A DNA stretch of 62,928 bases, the filler included, from Neolecta irregularis DAH-3 (lineage: Eukaryota): NCBI GenBank assembly GCA_001929475.1. It is 18 parts of 18 records of this genome, joined end to end, with 100 filler letters (N's around TTAATTAATTAA, not from the genome) between each part and the next. Parts side by side here need not be neighbours in the genome. Positions count along the whole stretch, not along the records: positions 35,091 to 43,099 come from LXFE01001189.1; positions 43,200 to 44,747 come from LXFE01001190.1; positions 44,848 to 46,925 come from LXFE01001192.1; positions 47,026 to 50,687 come from LXFE01001199.1; positions 50,788 to 54,313 come from LXFE01001201.1; 13 more parts are not named here. The stretch is one strand, 5' to 3'. The notes beneath the pieces were generated by a model, which was not told the origin of the DNA, did no database searches, and was given only the letters and a program-made list of their open reading frames with translations. Shown here piece by piece: positions 37,555-50,925 of this stretch. A program made the translations under genes and the position numbers. Position 1 is the first letter of the stretch; every line of letters starts with the position of its first letter.

Positions 37555-39295
37555 ATGTCTCGTGCTGTCTCTTCCTCGGACAGCGGGTTCTTCCAGAAGC
37601 CGCCTGTTCTGACTAACCAGTTCACGTCAGATCCTCATCTTGGCCGTATTTTGAATCTCTATGTCTCACATTCTGTTCAACAAAAAGCTATTCCCGAATT
37701 CAAGTCTCTCGGCGATATTGTTGTCTCTGAAAAAATCAGCCGGCTCATTGAGAATGCGGAACGGGAGCTTCCATATGTCGTTCAATACGACGAATGGGGT
37801 CGACGAATAGATAAACTGGTTACGAGCGAAGGGTGGCGAGGGATGAAAGTCATTGCTTGTGAAAATGGTCTAGTTGCCGATGGATATGATAATGAGAAAT
37901 GGCAAGGGCAAGGCCGACTTGTCCAATTTATCAAGTATCTTCCCTTTGGTCTCGCAAGTTAATACAAGTGAGGGTTTACTTGTTTAATCCGTCATCTGCG
38001 ACATTCACATGTCCGCTAAGCATGACTGACGGCGCCGCACAGATCTTGTCCCGGGATCCAGCTTTTAAAGAAATATTTGCACGACTCGTCTCGTATGCTT
38101 CCTTCCTTTGTAAAGACCGTTGATTCGCGCAAGTCGAGACGTCTCGGAAATGTGGACCAGCGGACAGTGGATGACTGAACGTACCGGCGGCTCAGATGTT
38201 TCTCGTACGGAGACACAGGCGACAAAGACATCATCCGGTTATTCCATCACTGGTTTCAAGTTTTTTTCAAGCGCAACAGACAGTGACATGGCACTTCTCC
38301 TCGCCCAAACTCCTCCCTCCGGTCTGAGTCTTTTCTACGCGCCATTGAGAACTGCGTCCGGCCAGGGATTCAACGGCGTTCGCATCCACCGACTGAAAAA
38401 CAAACTTGGTACGAGACCCTTGCCTACAGCCGAACTAGAACTGCGTGATATGAAGGGTGAATTGGTGGGGAAAGAAGGCTGTGGTGTGAAGAATATTAGT
38501 TCAGTGTTGAATATTACGAGGTGCTGGAACGCTATCAGTTCAATTAGTGGAGCTCAACGAGCATGGAACATTGCATCGGCGTACGCTGCTGAGCGCACTG
38601 TATTTGGAACACAGTTGAACCTGTTACCGACTCACTTGTCTCTTTTATCTTCGATGAATCTGATGCTCCGCGGTTTGACGCACTTGGCATTCCATACTAT
38701 CTTATTTCTCGGGAGCGGGGATGTGCTTTTGCGATTATTTGCGGCTGTAGCCAAGGCGTATTGTGCCAAGAAGACGATTGAGATTGTATCAGAGTGTTTA
38801 GAAGCATGCGGTGGACAAGGGTATATGGAAGAAACCAGTCTACCACGATTGTATCGAGATTCCCAGGTATTGAGCATTTGGGAGGGAACGACAAATGTCT
38901 TGAGTTCCGATGTCGTCAAGACTATTCCGAAACTCGTTACGGAACTTTTCGCCTGGGCCGAGAAAAAGGGTGTTCGCCGGGAAATGGAGGAATATCTGTC
39001 AAGATTTGATGGGATGGATCAGGTTGTTAGGTTTACGAGGGCGAGAGAAATTTCGTTTGAATTGGCAGAGTTGTTGGTATGGGCATTAGTCAAGGAAGAT
39101 GCCGAGAGAGAAGATGCGGGCGTCTTTGAACGGGAATGTCTACTTTACTGGAAATCGGCAAGACCCCAAGTCGAAACTGGGTCTCAAGCGCAAGATCGTG
39201 CAAAGATTGGTATAACCGTCTTGCTGCTTTTGCTAACCGCAGACTATGAAATTGTATATGGAAGGAATCCTGAATACCGGCACAGCAGGTTGTAG
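37555..39295 (+). CDS. Acyl-CoA dehydrogenase, AidB-like (spliced)
   Basis: CPLSMTDGAA, SGQWMTERTGGSDV, LKNKLGT, GGQGYMEE, IWEGTTNVL. Confidence 0.92.
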
Positions 39296-39497
39296 TATTC
39301 AAACTAAAATACTTTACAGTTTCGGTCTATAAGACTTCATCTCCAGTAGGCTAAAATGATTCCTGTCCAATATGATATTCCTATATACAAACATGTCGTG
39401 ATAATTGTAATCCGTCCTTCCATCAAATGCAAACTCCAATAAACAAATAAATAAAAACAAAGATATAAGAGTGTTTGTACCACTCAGTCTTTTTGTA

Positions 39498-41225
39498 TCA
39501 TTCACTTGATCTCTTGACGCTTAGATCGGCAAGAGATTGGAGAAGGGGTGCCTCGAGTCTCTCAGAGATCCATTCTTTAAGAGGAAAAGAGGAAGTATGC
39601 GGAATACTGCTATGTAATTCGCGAATAGCAGATTCGAGAGATAACAAGCGGATGATTACGATGACGAGCAATACGCAGGTGAATCCCTGTATACTACACA
39701 TTTCATTTGCGAAATCCAAAAGAGAGTCAGAGAAATAAGACGGTACCCAGCCCAACCACGACGGATAATTGCTCAACAATCTACGATCTGAGCGGCGTTT
39801 GGCGAGGGCAGAAGTATTTGTTTCGCTAACTATGATTTCTGGTGCGAGAGAAGTGAGTTGGTGTTGAATTTCGTGGTTTCTTGATTTTCCATTTTCATCG
39901 AGGAATTCTATTAATTTGTCGACGAGGTTTTTAGAGTAGCCTGTTACTCCATCTAATGCTGATTTTTCTATTGGGCCTTGAAATTAGGAAGGTAGGGAAA
40001 GGGCGAACCTTTTAGCCAAGATGTTTTTGACCATTCGACTGCGACGGTGATGACTATTCTGGTCGCTGAACGAGCATGCGTGAGACAGGTGCGTGTTTTT
40101 GTGGAAAACGAGGTTCCAGAGGGGACATCGGGTGTTGTTGTAGTTGCGAGCATGGTGATATAATTTGCCGTGTCAAGGTGATGGAGGGTTTCGGTTGTGA
40201 TCACCCTTGTTTGCTTCGGACCGATAGGACCGACATTCAGGGGCTTCATATACGTTATTTCCCTAATCTGAGGGGTCGAGTTTGACCACTGGGCTATGCA
40301 GATGTCTCGATAATAAGAAACGATCAACAGGAGAGTATACCCGAGTTCCTTTCAGAGGAGATAAAACCGGTCATAAACCGGGAATTGAGAATGAGGTGGT
40401 CGCAGACATGAGTGAGAGGATGGTTTACGATCTCGTCGACTGCGATTTTGGTATAATGCGAATCAGCGCATTCGCATGTGGTGTCGATAAACTGTGTAGT
40501 GTCGCTGGTGTTTGACGATTTGCGCGACTGCGAATGGTCGGGCTCGTCTTCTGAGAAGGAAAGCGAAGCAGAATCGATGGAACCTGCGTCGCTGCTCGAA
40601 TATTCTTGGCGGGGCACACGCTGCCACAGATCGAGGATCAGATTAAAGGCATTGTCGCGCGAGACAAGCGAGGCAAAAGTGTACTGTTATGATGAGAGGA
40701 GAAGCGGAAAATAGAGATACTCTGCGATGGCGGGTCGTAATGACAATTCCATTGTGAAAGATCATGGCGGTTGTCTTTTTTTCTATCGAGCGGATGTCGG
40801 CGATATCGATAACAAGCTGACTTTAGCAGGTTAACAAAGCAGCGGATACGCTTGTATGGAACCCGAGAATCCTGCTGTTGAAGCAGACTTGCGAGGCCGC
40901 GATATACATTCGTCCCTGGACGAGTATTTCTTTCTGCAGGGCGCAGCTGTAGTCTGCGGTAAAAATACAGCAATAAGACAAAGAACCCACCCTCAATGAG
41001 CCGGTCTTCTCCGGCGATGCTCTTGAATATGCGGTGAAACTCCTTGTTTCTCTTTTCTGAAGCAAACGGTAGCGGCGACCTGTCCAGCGAAAACGAAAGA
41101 GGCGAACGGGAGCTGCTCTGCGAAAATATGCCGCTGGGAATCGCGAGTTCCGACATTGAATGGCGCTTTATTTTCTCGCAGGCCGTCCGCAGCAGCGGCG
41201 ACGACGACCCGGGTGTTTTCGTCAT
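39498..41225 (-). CDS. GRAM-VASt (StARkin) ER sterol-transfer protein, LAM/Ltc family (spliced)
   Basis: KRNKEFHRIF, DYSCALQKEILVQGRMY, YMKPLN..IGPKQT, TTTPDVPSGTSF, C-terminal TM helix. Confidence 0.9.
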
Positions 41226-41415
41226 TGCGTGAATGAAAAGAAAAAACGATGATTGAAAATACAGAGGAGGTGTCTAAGAATTTATACCGAGTGCGACCCC
41301 TGTGTCTCATCCTCCTTCCGCTACCCCAAGCAACAAATGTCTCGGTCCCACACTAAATAAAAAACCACAACAGGCTAATTGCTTCCTTGTACGCCGATAC
41401 TTCCAACGGTGTATT

Positions 41416-42206
41416 CTATTCTACTCCGGTATTAATAGTACTGTTATTCGCGCGCCGGCTGCGGGCGCCGGCCTTGAGCCTCTCCCAGCGCTCGCGGTGC
41501 CGCTGGATCTGGGTGCGCAGCCGCTTGTTTTCTGCACGCAGCCCGTCTTTGGCCATGCTGTGTTTGAGCTGCTGCATCGACATGTGGAGCAGCGAACTGG
41601 TTCGGTCGAATTCCGCCAGCCGCGCACTCTGCAATTCGACCAGCGCCCGCAACCGCCCGTTCTCGCTCAGACACTCGTCGGCCGACAGCGGCACCACGTA
41701 GAAACTCTCCTGCTGCACATCTGCCGCCGCGGCGATCGCAGGCGGCCGCGAAATCCGCGTTACCATCGCTTCAACCGCCTGCCAGAACCGCTCAAACTGC
41801 GCGTTTTCCTCGCCGCCCTCCTCTTTGGCCTCCTCCACCGGCACCCGCCCGCGCCGCCCGGGCACCGCCAGCGCATTCGCGGCGCCGGCAAGATATGCTT
41901 CCGCCTGGTGCGCCCGCCGCAAATGGCTCGCAGACAGCAGGCGCAGTGTTCGCAGCGCCTGGAATCAGTCGCGCCGCCAGGTGGAAACACCTCAGCATCC
42001 CCCGTCAGCTCCTGCGCCTCGAGAAACTTGGCTACCCAGTTAACCAGCAACAGAAACAGATATACCAGCCGCCTTGCGGTGCAGATCGACAGATCTTCTC
42101 GGATCACCCGCAGCCAAACTCTCCGCCTGCCGCGAGAAATCATGCGCCTTTAATCACCCGCTGTTTTCATATAAAAACTCACCTGCACTAGAGCGCTGTC
42201 CTCCAT
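41416..42206 (-). CDS. ATG38: Atg38/NRBF2-like MIT plus coiled-coil autophagy factor (3 introns)
   Basis: Spliced N-terminus MEDSALVQAHDFSRQAESLAAG...LHRKAAAKFLEAQELTGDAEALRTLRLLSASHLRR resembles the NRBF2 MIT domain; ESFYVV candidate AIM; C-terminal coiled coil. Confidence 0.72.
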
Positions 42207-45167
42207 TAAACACCACTGCAGTAGCAATCCAAGGTGTCTGGCGCTGTGTGGTTGGCCATGCAATCGCTATCGATAAGCCGGCCGCTCCTATCACCTGATT
42301 AACCCTGCACTCCTAATCCCTTTAAATACCCCACGCTTCCAAGAACATTTGTAACCTCTAAACCACATTATTCCTGTAGCTGCCTTCCTAGACTATACTC
42401 GTGGTTTCAAATGATATATCCCACAACTTGGCGTGGCTAAATAGGCGTGGCATCCAGTCGTCCAATAGAACGCCTCATGATACTCCGCCTCACTTCCAAA
42501 TAGCCATCGCTATCCCAGTTTATTTATATACAAACAGATCAGTACTATCAGGTAACCGTTGCTTGTTCAGCAATTCCTTTGCCACGCTCTGCAGTATTTG
42601 CACGTTTATTCCGAGCATAGGCGCCTTATTCGGGATATCTTGTTACCTTTATGGGGTTCCTTCAAGAGTATATTCTCGAGCTAAAGAGATCGCCTGGCTT
42701 GATTTGCAACATTGTCAAGTGCAACGTTTATTGAAAAAAGGGGTGACAAGTTAATTTCCCATGAGTTTGAAACCCTTGTTTTCAATGATTACCCCGGGAT
42801 TCTACATAAATATACTAGACTAATTGAGTCACGTAAACGTTGCAACGTGAAGATTTCAGTGATTATTACAATTTCTATGATTTCTTTGTGATACCTCTTT
42901 ATGAAGCATGCAAGAAAAGATTCAGGAACTCGAGGAATACTCAAAACTTCAAATGGATTCAAAACAACCTTCTAGAACTTGAGTCATCAATAGTTTTAGC
43001 CTCACACTTCGGGTGATTGGCAAGTCTCTGGTCATGCTGTGGTATGGATTCTTTGTTTTCAACACTTCAATACTTTTAATCAACAATCAATTAACTCTAN
43101 NNNNNNNNNNNNNNNNNNNNNNNNNNNNNNNNNNNNNNNNNNNTTAATTAATTAANNNNNNNNNNNNNNNNNNNNNNNNNNNNNNNNNNNNNNNNNNNNA
43201 TTACAACAACTACAACAACTACCAAACCGCTATCGACCTTAAGCTACAACCTGCGTGTGACAAGCTGCATATGGAATCCTGTCAAAAGTCCATGGGCAGC
43301 ATGGACAGAATCACGTGATATTAGATTGTAGATTTATCGCGTCATAAAAATAGTTCTCAAACAACACAAACTTCACAAGTTTGATCAATTGATGTATCAA
43401 TTGACTCAACATAATCGTACCATCCACAGACCCACCTGGGGCACTTGTGCCAGCATGATCCTTCTCCCAAAAGAGGTACTCCTTTCCTCAACACCCGCTC
43501 AAGATATCCGTACTCTCCACCTCTACTGGCCCGCCAGGACCCACTTCTGTCTTGCCAACAATGTCCAGTACCTGCTCCTGGCCCTTGTCTTCTTCGGTGC
43601 CACCTCATCTACCTACACAGCACTCCTTGCCCTCGGCAGCCCCACACCGACTATTCTGCCTGCCCTCACCCACAAATCGCTCCAGCCTGCCTCGCCCACC
43701 CCGCTGATTCCCCCTCGCCCCGCTCCTCCACATCTACCCCGTCACATCCGCCATACTCGTCCTCTCCATTGCCACGCACCTGCACATGGGCGCTACAACA
43801 TGCTTCCTGGTTGCGGATGGCGAGCGGCGCTCGAGCTGATGTGCCTGGACTGCGCGCGCACCTGCTGCTCGCGGCTGCTGAGGTAGCACGCTATGCGGTA
43901 GGGTATCTGTCCCTGCACTCACCTGCCTGCCGCTGACTGCAGGCGCAGCACTGTGCCTAGCGGCACCGCTCATTGACCAGTTGACTCGCGGCAGCCGAGA
44001 GGCGCCATGATATTTAACGTTACATCTCCCATCATAGAAAACGCAAACGCACAGACAATATTATCATTACCGTATGTCCTTGTTCTATCAATCTTCTAAA
44101 ATCCTAGATGTGATTGATAACAAGATTAATATCACAGTCGCTGCGTTTCAAGAAATGTGTCATATGTGCTACAATTCACAACTGCAGTCTCCATCGGTAT
44201 CTTTCATCCATTCATGCTGCCTATCTTACCATCATCTCCATGATGTTTCATCTCCCGTCATCGAAAACACAAGCTCACAGACAAATATCACGACTATTCT
44301 ACACAATATCGGCAATTCTTCAAGGCAACGATTAGGCAAAAAGGTCCGGGCTAAGCCCATCACCCATTGCCAACACTGTTTATCGGCTAGGTATGTAATA
44401 CTCAGGCTAGAAACAATACAACCGAGTCTTATTCGTATCTGGGCTTCAATATTTGCACCCCACCCCACCTATCTCCTTCACAGGTGGCTCCGGCTGGCTG
44501 TGGGCCTTGCGTCACTCCCGGGTGCCATCGCGGTAAGTGGAGATGCAGTGCGTGGCGGCGTTCTGCAGGTTGTGGGCAAGCAAGGCAGACAATTGCAATA
44601 TGGAGCACGATGGGCGGTGTCAATCCAGAACACAGAGATGTTGGTGGATTACTTCTGCGTGCTGGCGCGTTTGTAACAGTCTCTCGCATTCCGTATTTCA
44701 ACCAGGAGATTCTATCGCTTTCATATCAAGGGTAGAATCCATTGCTANNNNNNNNNNNNNNNNNNNNNNNNNNNNNNNNNNNNNNNNNNNNTTAATTAAT
44801 TAANNNNNNNNNNNNNNNNNNNNNNNNNNNNNNNNNNNNNNNNNNNNCTCCCGCCTCTCCTGTTCCGTCCGCCTCTCCCATCCCGCCCGTCGCTCCCGCC
44901 TCTCCCGTTCCTCTCGTTCCTCTCGTTCCTCCCGTTCCGCCCGCCTCTCCCATCCCGCCCGTCCCTCCCAGTGCATGGCCAGGGCGAGTAGTGCATTGGC
45001 AACCACAAAGGTGACGCTGCACCAGGCTGCCACTGAAGAGTACAGCCATGGGTTTGTGGGCAGCGGGTGGTGGGCAGCCAGCGTCCACAGCAGCAGCACG
45101 CCCATTAGTATCAATTACATCAACTTCCACATCCCGTTTATAAACAAATTCATGTTACAAATAATCA

Positions 45168-46343
45168 TCAAAAAGATTCTTGCAGAATTCTTTGATAACT
45201 GCCCCACATTTGTAATGCGATTTCCTCCCGAAGTCTAACCATTTCCCTATCCTCAGTGTTATTTACGGGACCAAATCTATTTCTCATTTGATCAGGTTGT
45301 GCCTCATTCTCCCAGTCTTCAAGGTCATCCTCGTCTGAATGAATATTGATATAATTGTGGAGTGCTGTTATAGCTCGAACAATTTGTGCCTGAATATGAA
45401 ATGGATACTCCATTTGGATCTTGAGAATCGGAAACCTTTTTTTCAGCACACCAAAAATTCTTTCAACTGCATTTCGGAGTTGTGAGTGTCTTAGATTGAA
45501 TAATTCTTCCTTTGTCTCTGGCTTTTGAGAAGCCAGAGCTTGTTCCCGTAGGTGGTATCGTACACCCCGATATGGTGGTAGGAAGCCTTTTCTTGTAGGA
45601 TAACCTGCATCAACCAGATAATATTTCCCATCTGGAACAGTCAACTCTCCACCTGGGGATAATGCATGCTGCAAAACTCTGGAATCATGAGCAGAACCCT
45701 CCCAGCCTGATAAGATATAACAGAACTGCAAATTGAATGTGCATATACCAAGTACATTTTGAGAAATATCACCTTTTCTATTGCGGAAACGGCCCATCTT
45801 GTCTGTAGGTACCTTTGCTAAAATATGAGTTCCATCTGCAGCGCCAATGCAGTTTTGAAAAAAAGGATAGAATTTCGTATTGCTACTAATCTGCCATGGT
45901 ATGATATGGGGATTAGGCAGAGTAATAACTTCTGGATATAGTTGGAGAAGACCTTTGACAACTTGTGAGAAATATTTCGAAATAGTAGATCCACTGCGCT
46001 GGAATCTCTCCTGTATATCTCGATTGGAATTTGCATGGCCCACAATCATTAAGAAGATCCCGAGTTGTTCATCAACACCAATACTCTTCTGCTGCTTTAG
46101 CACTCTATTCTCTACCATCCAGTTTCTTAGCTCAATAAAGACATGTCTTTCCATCTGCAATACCTCCTTTACTCTTCTTGGATTTTGTCCTGGCTGTAGG
46201 AGCTCTGCCATGTACTTTGTTCCTGTGAATGAAGAGGTCCGACAAGGTTGATTCTTAGTAGTACTGTTGTAGTAGTAGTTGATAATATTGCTGAATTGCT
46301 CATGTTCTTGAATAAGAGATGCACAAATCTCTTCAGCATTCAT
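45168..46343 (-). mobile_element. PIF/Harbinger DDE transposase (intact 391-aa ORF)
   Basis: CIGAADGTHI, GWEGSAHDSRVL, YYLVDAGY, PYRGVRYHL, FNLRHSQLRNAVERIFGVLKKRF; HTH region ERFQRSGSTISKYF. Confidence 0.93.
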
Positions 46344-47025
46344 ATGGGCAAGGATGATAAATGTAATTGCTGGAGGAGCGGCAGGAGCCTACTGGCTGCA
46401 TACCCTCCCCCATTCACTTCAGCCTTGCGCGCCTCTCTTGCCCCTTGCCAGTCTCTCGCACCTTGGGCTCCTGCCTCGCCCATGTTTCGCACCTCGTCTT
46501 TCCTGTCCTGGCCGCCTTTCCAGTCCTGCCCGACTTTCCAGTTCCACCCAACTTTCCAGTCCTGCCTGCCTTTCCCGTCCCACCAGTCCCTCCTTCCTCT
46601 CCTTTCTCTCCCGTCCCGCCCGTATCTACTCTCCTATCCGCCCGTGTCTCCTCTGCCGTCCCCCTTCACCCGTCCCGCTCATCCCTCGCCTCGCCCCTCC
46701 CACGCATCCCTCCCGCCTCTCCCGTCCCGCTCATCCCTCCCTCCTCGCCCGTCTCGCATGTCCTGTCCCGCCTCGCCCGTCCCGCTCATCCCTCCTCCTC
46801 ACTCCTCCCACGCATCCCTTCCGCCTCGCCCGTCCCGCTCATCCCTCCCTCCTCGCCCGTCCCGCTCATTCCTCCCGCCTCACTCCTCCCACGCATCCCT
46901 TCCGCCTCGCCCGTCCCGCTCATCCNNNNNNNNNNNNNNNNNNNNNNNNNNNNNNNNNNNNNNNNNNNNTTAATTAATTAANNNNNNNNNNNNNNNNNNN
47001 NNNNNNNNNNNNNNNNNNNNNNNNN

Positions 47026-50000
47026 GAGAACCGTGACGATCAGCGAGCACAGAAGCTCCACATATCGTCACTAATCAGCTTCTATAGCGAGAAGCCGGTT
47101 ACAGCGGGGTAACAGTAGAGTTGTTAATCGACTCCGGATCATAGTCCAATTTTGTAGCAACAAGTTTTTGCGAAAAACATGCTAAAACGTTCACTAAAGT
47201 CCCATTAGCTAAGCCGACTCTACTTAAACAAGCATTGCTAGGCTCCTCAACATGGGTTACAGAAGGCATCGTCACTTCGGTGACAATTACCACTCCGCAA
47301 AAGCTAATCGGCTCTGCAATATTCAAATTGGCGCCATTAGGGACATACGATGTTATTCTCGGAACTCCTTTCCTTCACGAACACAAAGCTTGCTTAGACC
47401 AGTTCAATCGTACAGTTACTTTCGGAGACCAAGTGTCCCAAGTAACTTGTGACAATGAGAAGGAAAAAGAAAAGTTAACCACTGAGTCTAAGTATGTAAA
47501 TCTCAATAAACAAGTTTTTCTCGAGTACCCAGATGTATTTATGGCCGCCCTCCCGGATAGAAGGCCATTTATAAACATACCGAAACATCGCATTAAGCTG
47601 ATGGAGGAAAATTCGAAAATCGATGGTCGATTATTAAGGATCCCAACCAGGTATTGGCTACACATGCAGCAGTTTTTGGTGGAACACCGCAGGGCCGGAC
47701 GATTACGACCATCCTCAAGTGATAAGTCATCCGGGGTCTTTATGATTAGCAAAAAAGACCCATTAGCAATACCTAGAGTAGTTGCAGATTATCGTGCACT
47801 CAATACGATTATGATCAAAGACAGAACACCACTTCCACATCAAGAAGAAATCGTGGAGATCGCCGCTTGAGCACGAATACAGGGAAAACTAGACCTCAAC
47901 AATGCTTATTATCAGATACCTATGGAAGAAGGAGATATACCGAAAACAGCAATAAAAACTCCATTTGGCCTATATGAGTGGACTGTCATGCCTCAAGGGA
48001 TATGCAACGCTCCTGCAACATTTCAACGTTTCATGAATCATATATTAAGGGAATACCTGGGCAAATTCTGTGCTGTATATCTCGACGATATCATCATATG
48101 GTCAGATAGCGTAGATGATCACCTCCGAAATATTCGAACAATCCTTGACATATTAAAAGTAAACGGTATTGTTGCATCGAAAACGAAATCGACCCAGTTT
48201 GCCGAGGAATTACCTTTTCTTGGACGAATAATTTCGAACGATGGCATCAAAGTAGATCCATTGAAAGTCGACAAAATTGTGAAATTGGCACGTCCTCGAT
48301 CAGCGAAAGAAATTCAACGATTTGTAGGATTCGTTAACTGGATTAGTCAGTTTCTACCAGCACTGGCATCATACACAGCTCCATTAACAAAGTTAACGTG
48401 TAAAGAAATGCCCTTCCTTTGGACAGACACCCAAGAACTCGCTTTTCGAAAGATTAAGGACCTAGCTTGCAATACCCCATGGCTAACACCAATTGATTCA
48501 GAATGAGAAGAACGAATATGGGTAATATGTGATGCCAGCGAACAAGGAGTAGGATGTATTCTAGCTCAGGGGGCGGACTGGAGAACTGCTAAACCAGCAT
48601 CCTTTGAAAGCAGGCAATACACCTCAGCGGAAACGAACTACCCGATCCATGAAAAGGAAATGTTAGCGGTAATCTTCGCACTTAAAAAGTGGTGGCATCA
48701 CCTAATAGGAGTCAAGTTCACAGTCCTTACGGATCATGAACCACTTAAACATTGGCGAACTCAACCTCGCTTATCCCGTCGACAATTACGATGGCTCGAT
48801 TTGGTAAGCAAATACGATTTTACAATTTGCTATATTGAAGGAAAGGTAAATGTCGCAGCCTATGCACTTTCCCGATATTCATCAAGTCCTCTTGATGAAT
48901 GCGACTGCGATAATGATACAAGCACCTATACTTATAGTCGGGGAGATGAAGTAATAAGTACGAAGATCAGCCGATCGTCATTGAACGCTACAGTCGCCAC
49001 GAAGGATGAAACGAGTCCGGAAATAACTCACAATCTCGTCTCTATTCAGATATCGCCAGACGAAACAAAGTTGATCGTCGAGGCATATCACGATGATCCC
49101 GTCTTTGGAGCAGTAAATGCTAACCCCGAACGATATCAATGTTATACAAAGGTTAACTCTCTCCTTTATCTCGATTGTCGCCTTTGTATACCTGAAGTCG
49201 CAATGATTCGCGAGCGAATCATTCACACTTACCACAATTGTCACGGCCATTTTGGACATGATAAAACGTTTCGCTCTATCCGGAACGAGTTTTACTAGGC
49301 CGGTCTCAGCAAAGATATTCAAAGATATGTATCATCCTATATCGATTGTCAACGTCACAAATCCACCACCCAACTCCCAGCAGGCTATCTTCACTCTCTC
49401 CCGGTACCAACTGCTCGTTTTGATTCCATCGCAATGGATTTTGTGGGACCGTTGCCTCCATCTAACGGGTATAACGCTATATTAGTAATCACTGATCGCT
49501 TTACCAATGTGGTGCAGATACATCCAACCCACACGTCGGCATCAGCTTCAGCAATAGCGGATATCGTTTACCGTCAGTGGTATAGTTTATACGGTCTCCC
49601 GACGTCCATTATTTCAGATCGTGACACTCAATTTACTGGAAAATTTTGGCAAGAGATTCACACCAAAATTGGCACCAAATTGAAGATGTCAACCAGCTTC
49701 CATCCCGAAACAGATGGATCGTCCGAACGATCAAATAAGACCATGATTCAATTGCTCCGATATCACGTTAACGCTCATCACTCGATCTGGATGGGAGCGC
49801 TGCCAGAGGTAGAATTAGCAATGAATAATTCTATTTCTAGTTCAACGGGGTTTTCTCCATTTGAACTGCTTTACGGCGCTCGTCCTCGCCTGATGCCCCC
49901 ATTCATACCTATTGAGTCTCCCATCCCAGCAGCAGAAGAATGGCTAAAGAAAATTGAATTTTATTCCGAAATTGCCCGAGATAATTTAATTCACGCTCGT

Positions 50001-50687
50001 ACTCAACAGACTACTCAAGCTAACAAACATCGCCGTACTGAACCGCATTATAAAATAGGAGACCAAGTAATGTTAGACTCTTGAAATATTTGACGACAAT
50101 TAAAACAGAAGAACCGTGCTACCAAATTCTATCCCCATTACCTTGGGCCATTTCACATAAAAGAAATACATCCAAATACTTCAACTTATATCCTTGAATT
50201 ACCCGAACAACTCAAAGGAGTCCATCCAACATTCCATGCAAAATTACTTAAACGCTATACACCTAACGACAACATACAATTTCCATCAAGAAAATTACCA
50301 CGTCCAGGACCAGTCATTCCAGCAACAGACCGATATGAAGTGGAAAAGATTATTGACCATAGAACGAAATGGAATAAAGATGAGTATTTGATAAAATGGT
50401 TAGGATGGCCAGATTCTGACAATGAATGGCTAAAAGAAGATGACATTGACAGATTACTAATTACCGACTTCCATAACTCTCTTCAAAAAGAAGAGGAGGG
50501 AGGAGTGTAAGCATATAAGCTTATATATGCTTACTACATTTCTTTACCTTTGTCCTACATGGTGTTACGTTGTACAACGTTGTGTGACGTTGGTGTCACA
50601 TGTCGCGACGTTTGTGTGACATTGCACAGCACATGTTCATGAGGGACCTTCCTTTATTATATATAGCTGATGTGGCACCATACCTAA
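47026..50687 (+). mobile_element. Ty3/gypsy chromovirus, decayed pol (PR-RT-RH-IN-chromo), PPT and partial 3' LTR from 50506
   Basis: LIDSGS protease, MPQGICNAP..YLDD RT, CDAS..HEKEMLA RNase H, H..H..C zinc finger, DFVGPLP..SDRD..ERSN integrase, YEVEKIIDH..YLIKWLGW chromodomain; several in-frame stops; PPT AAAAGAAGAGGAGGGAGGAG. Confidence 0.96.
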
Positions 50688-50925
50688 NNNNNNNNNNNNN
50701 NNNNNNNNNNNNNNNNNNNNNNNNNNNNNNNTTAATTAATTAANNNNNNNNNNNNNNNNNNNNNNNNNNNNNNNNNNNNNNNNNNNNGGACCGATGGGCG
50801 GCGAAGGCGAAGCTTGACCTGCTGGAACAATTAATCGGACGCTTAAATCTGCTAGTTGTCGAGCTTTTGACATGTGGTTGAGATTTAGTTGTGGGTCAAC
50901 TCTCATTTCAGAATCATTCACTTGC

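Noticed and set aside
43389-44747. GC-rich ORFs on the short contig
   Set aside because: No recognisable motifs; probably degraded fragments
46248-46981. Three overlapping ORFs of 200+ aa
   Set aside because: Translation of the pyrimidine array running into the gap
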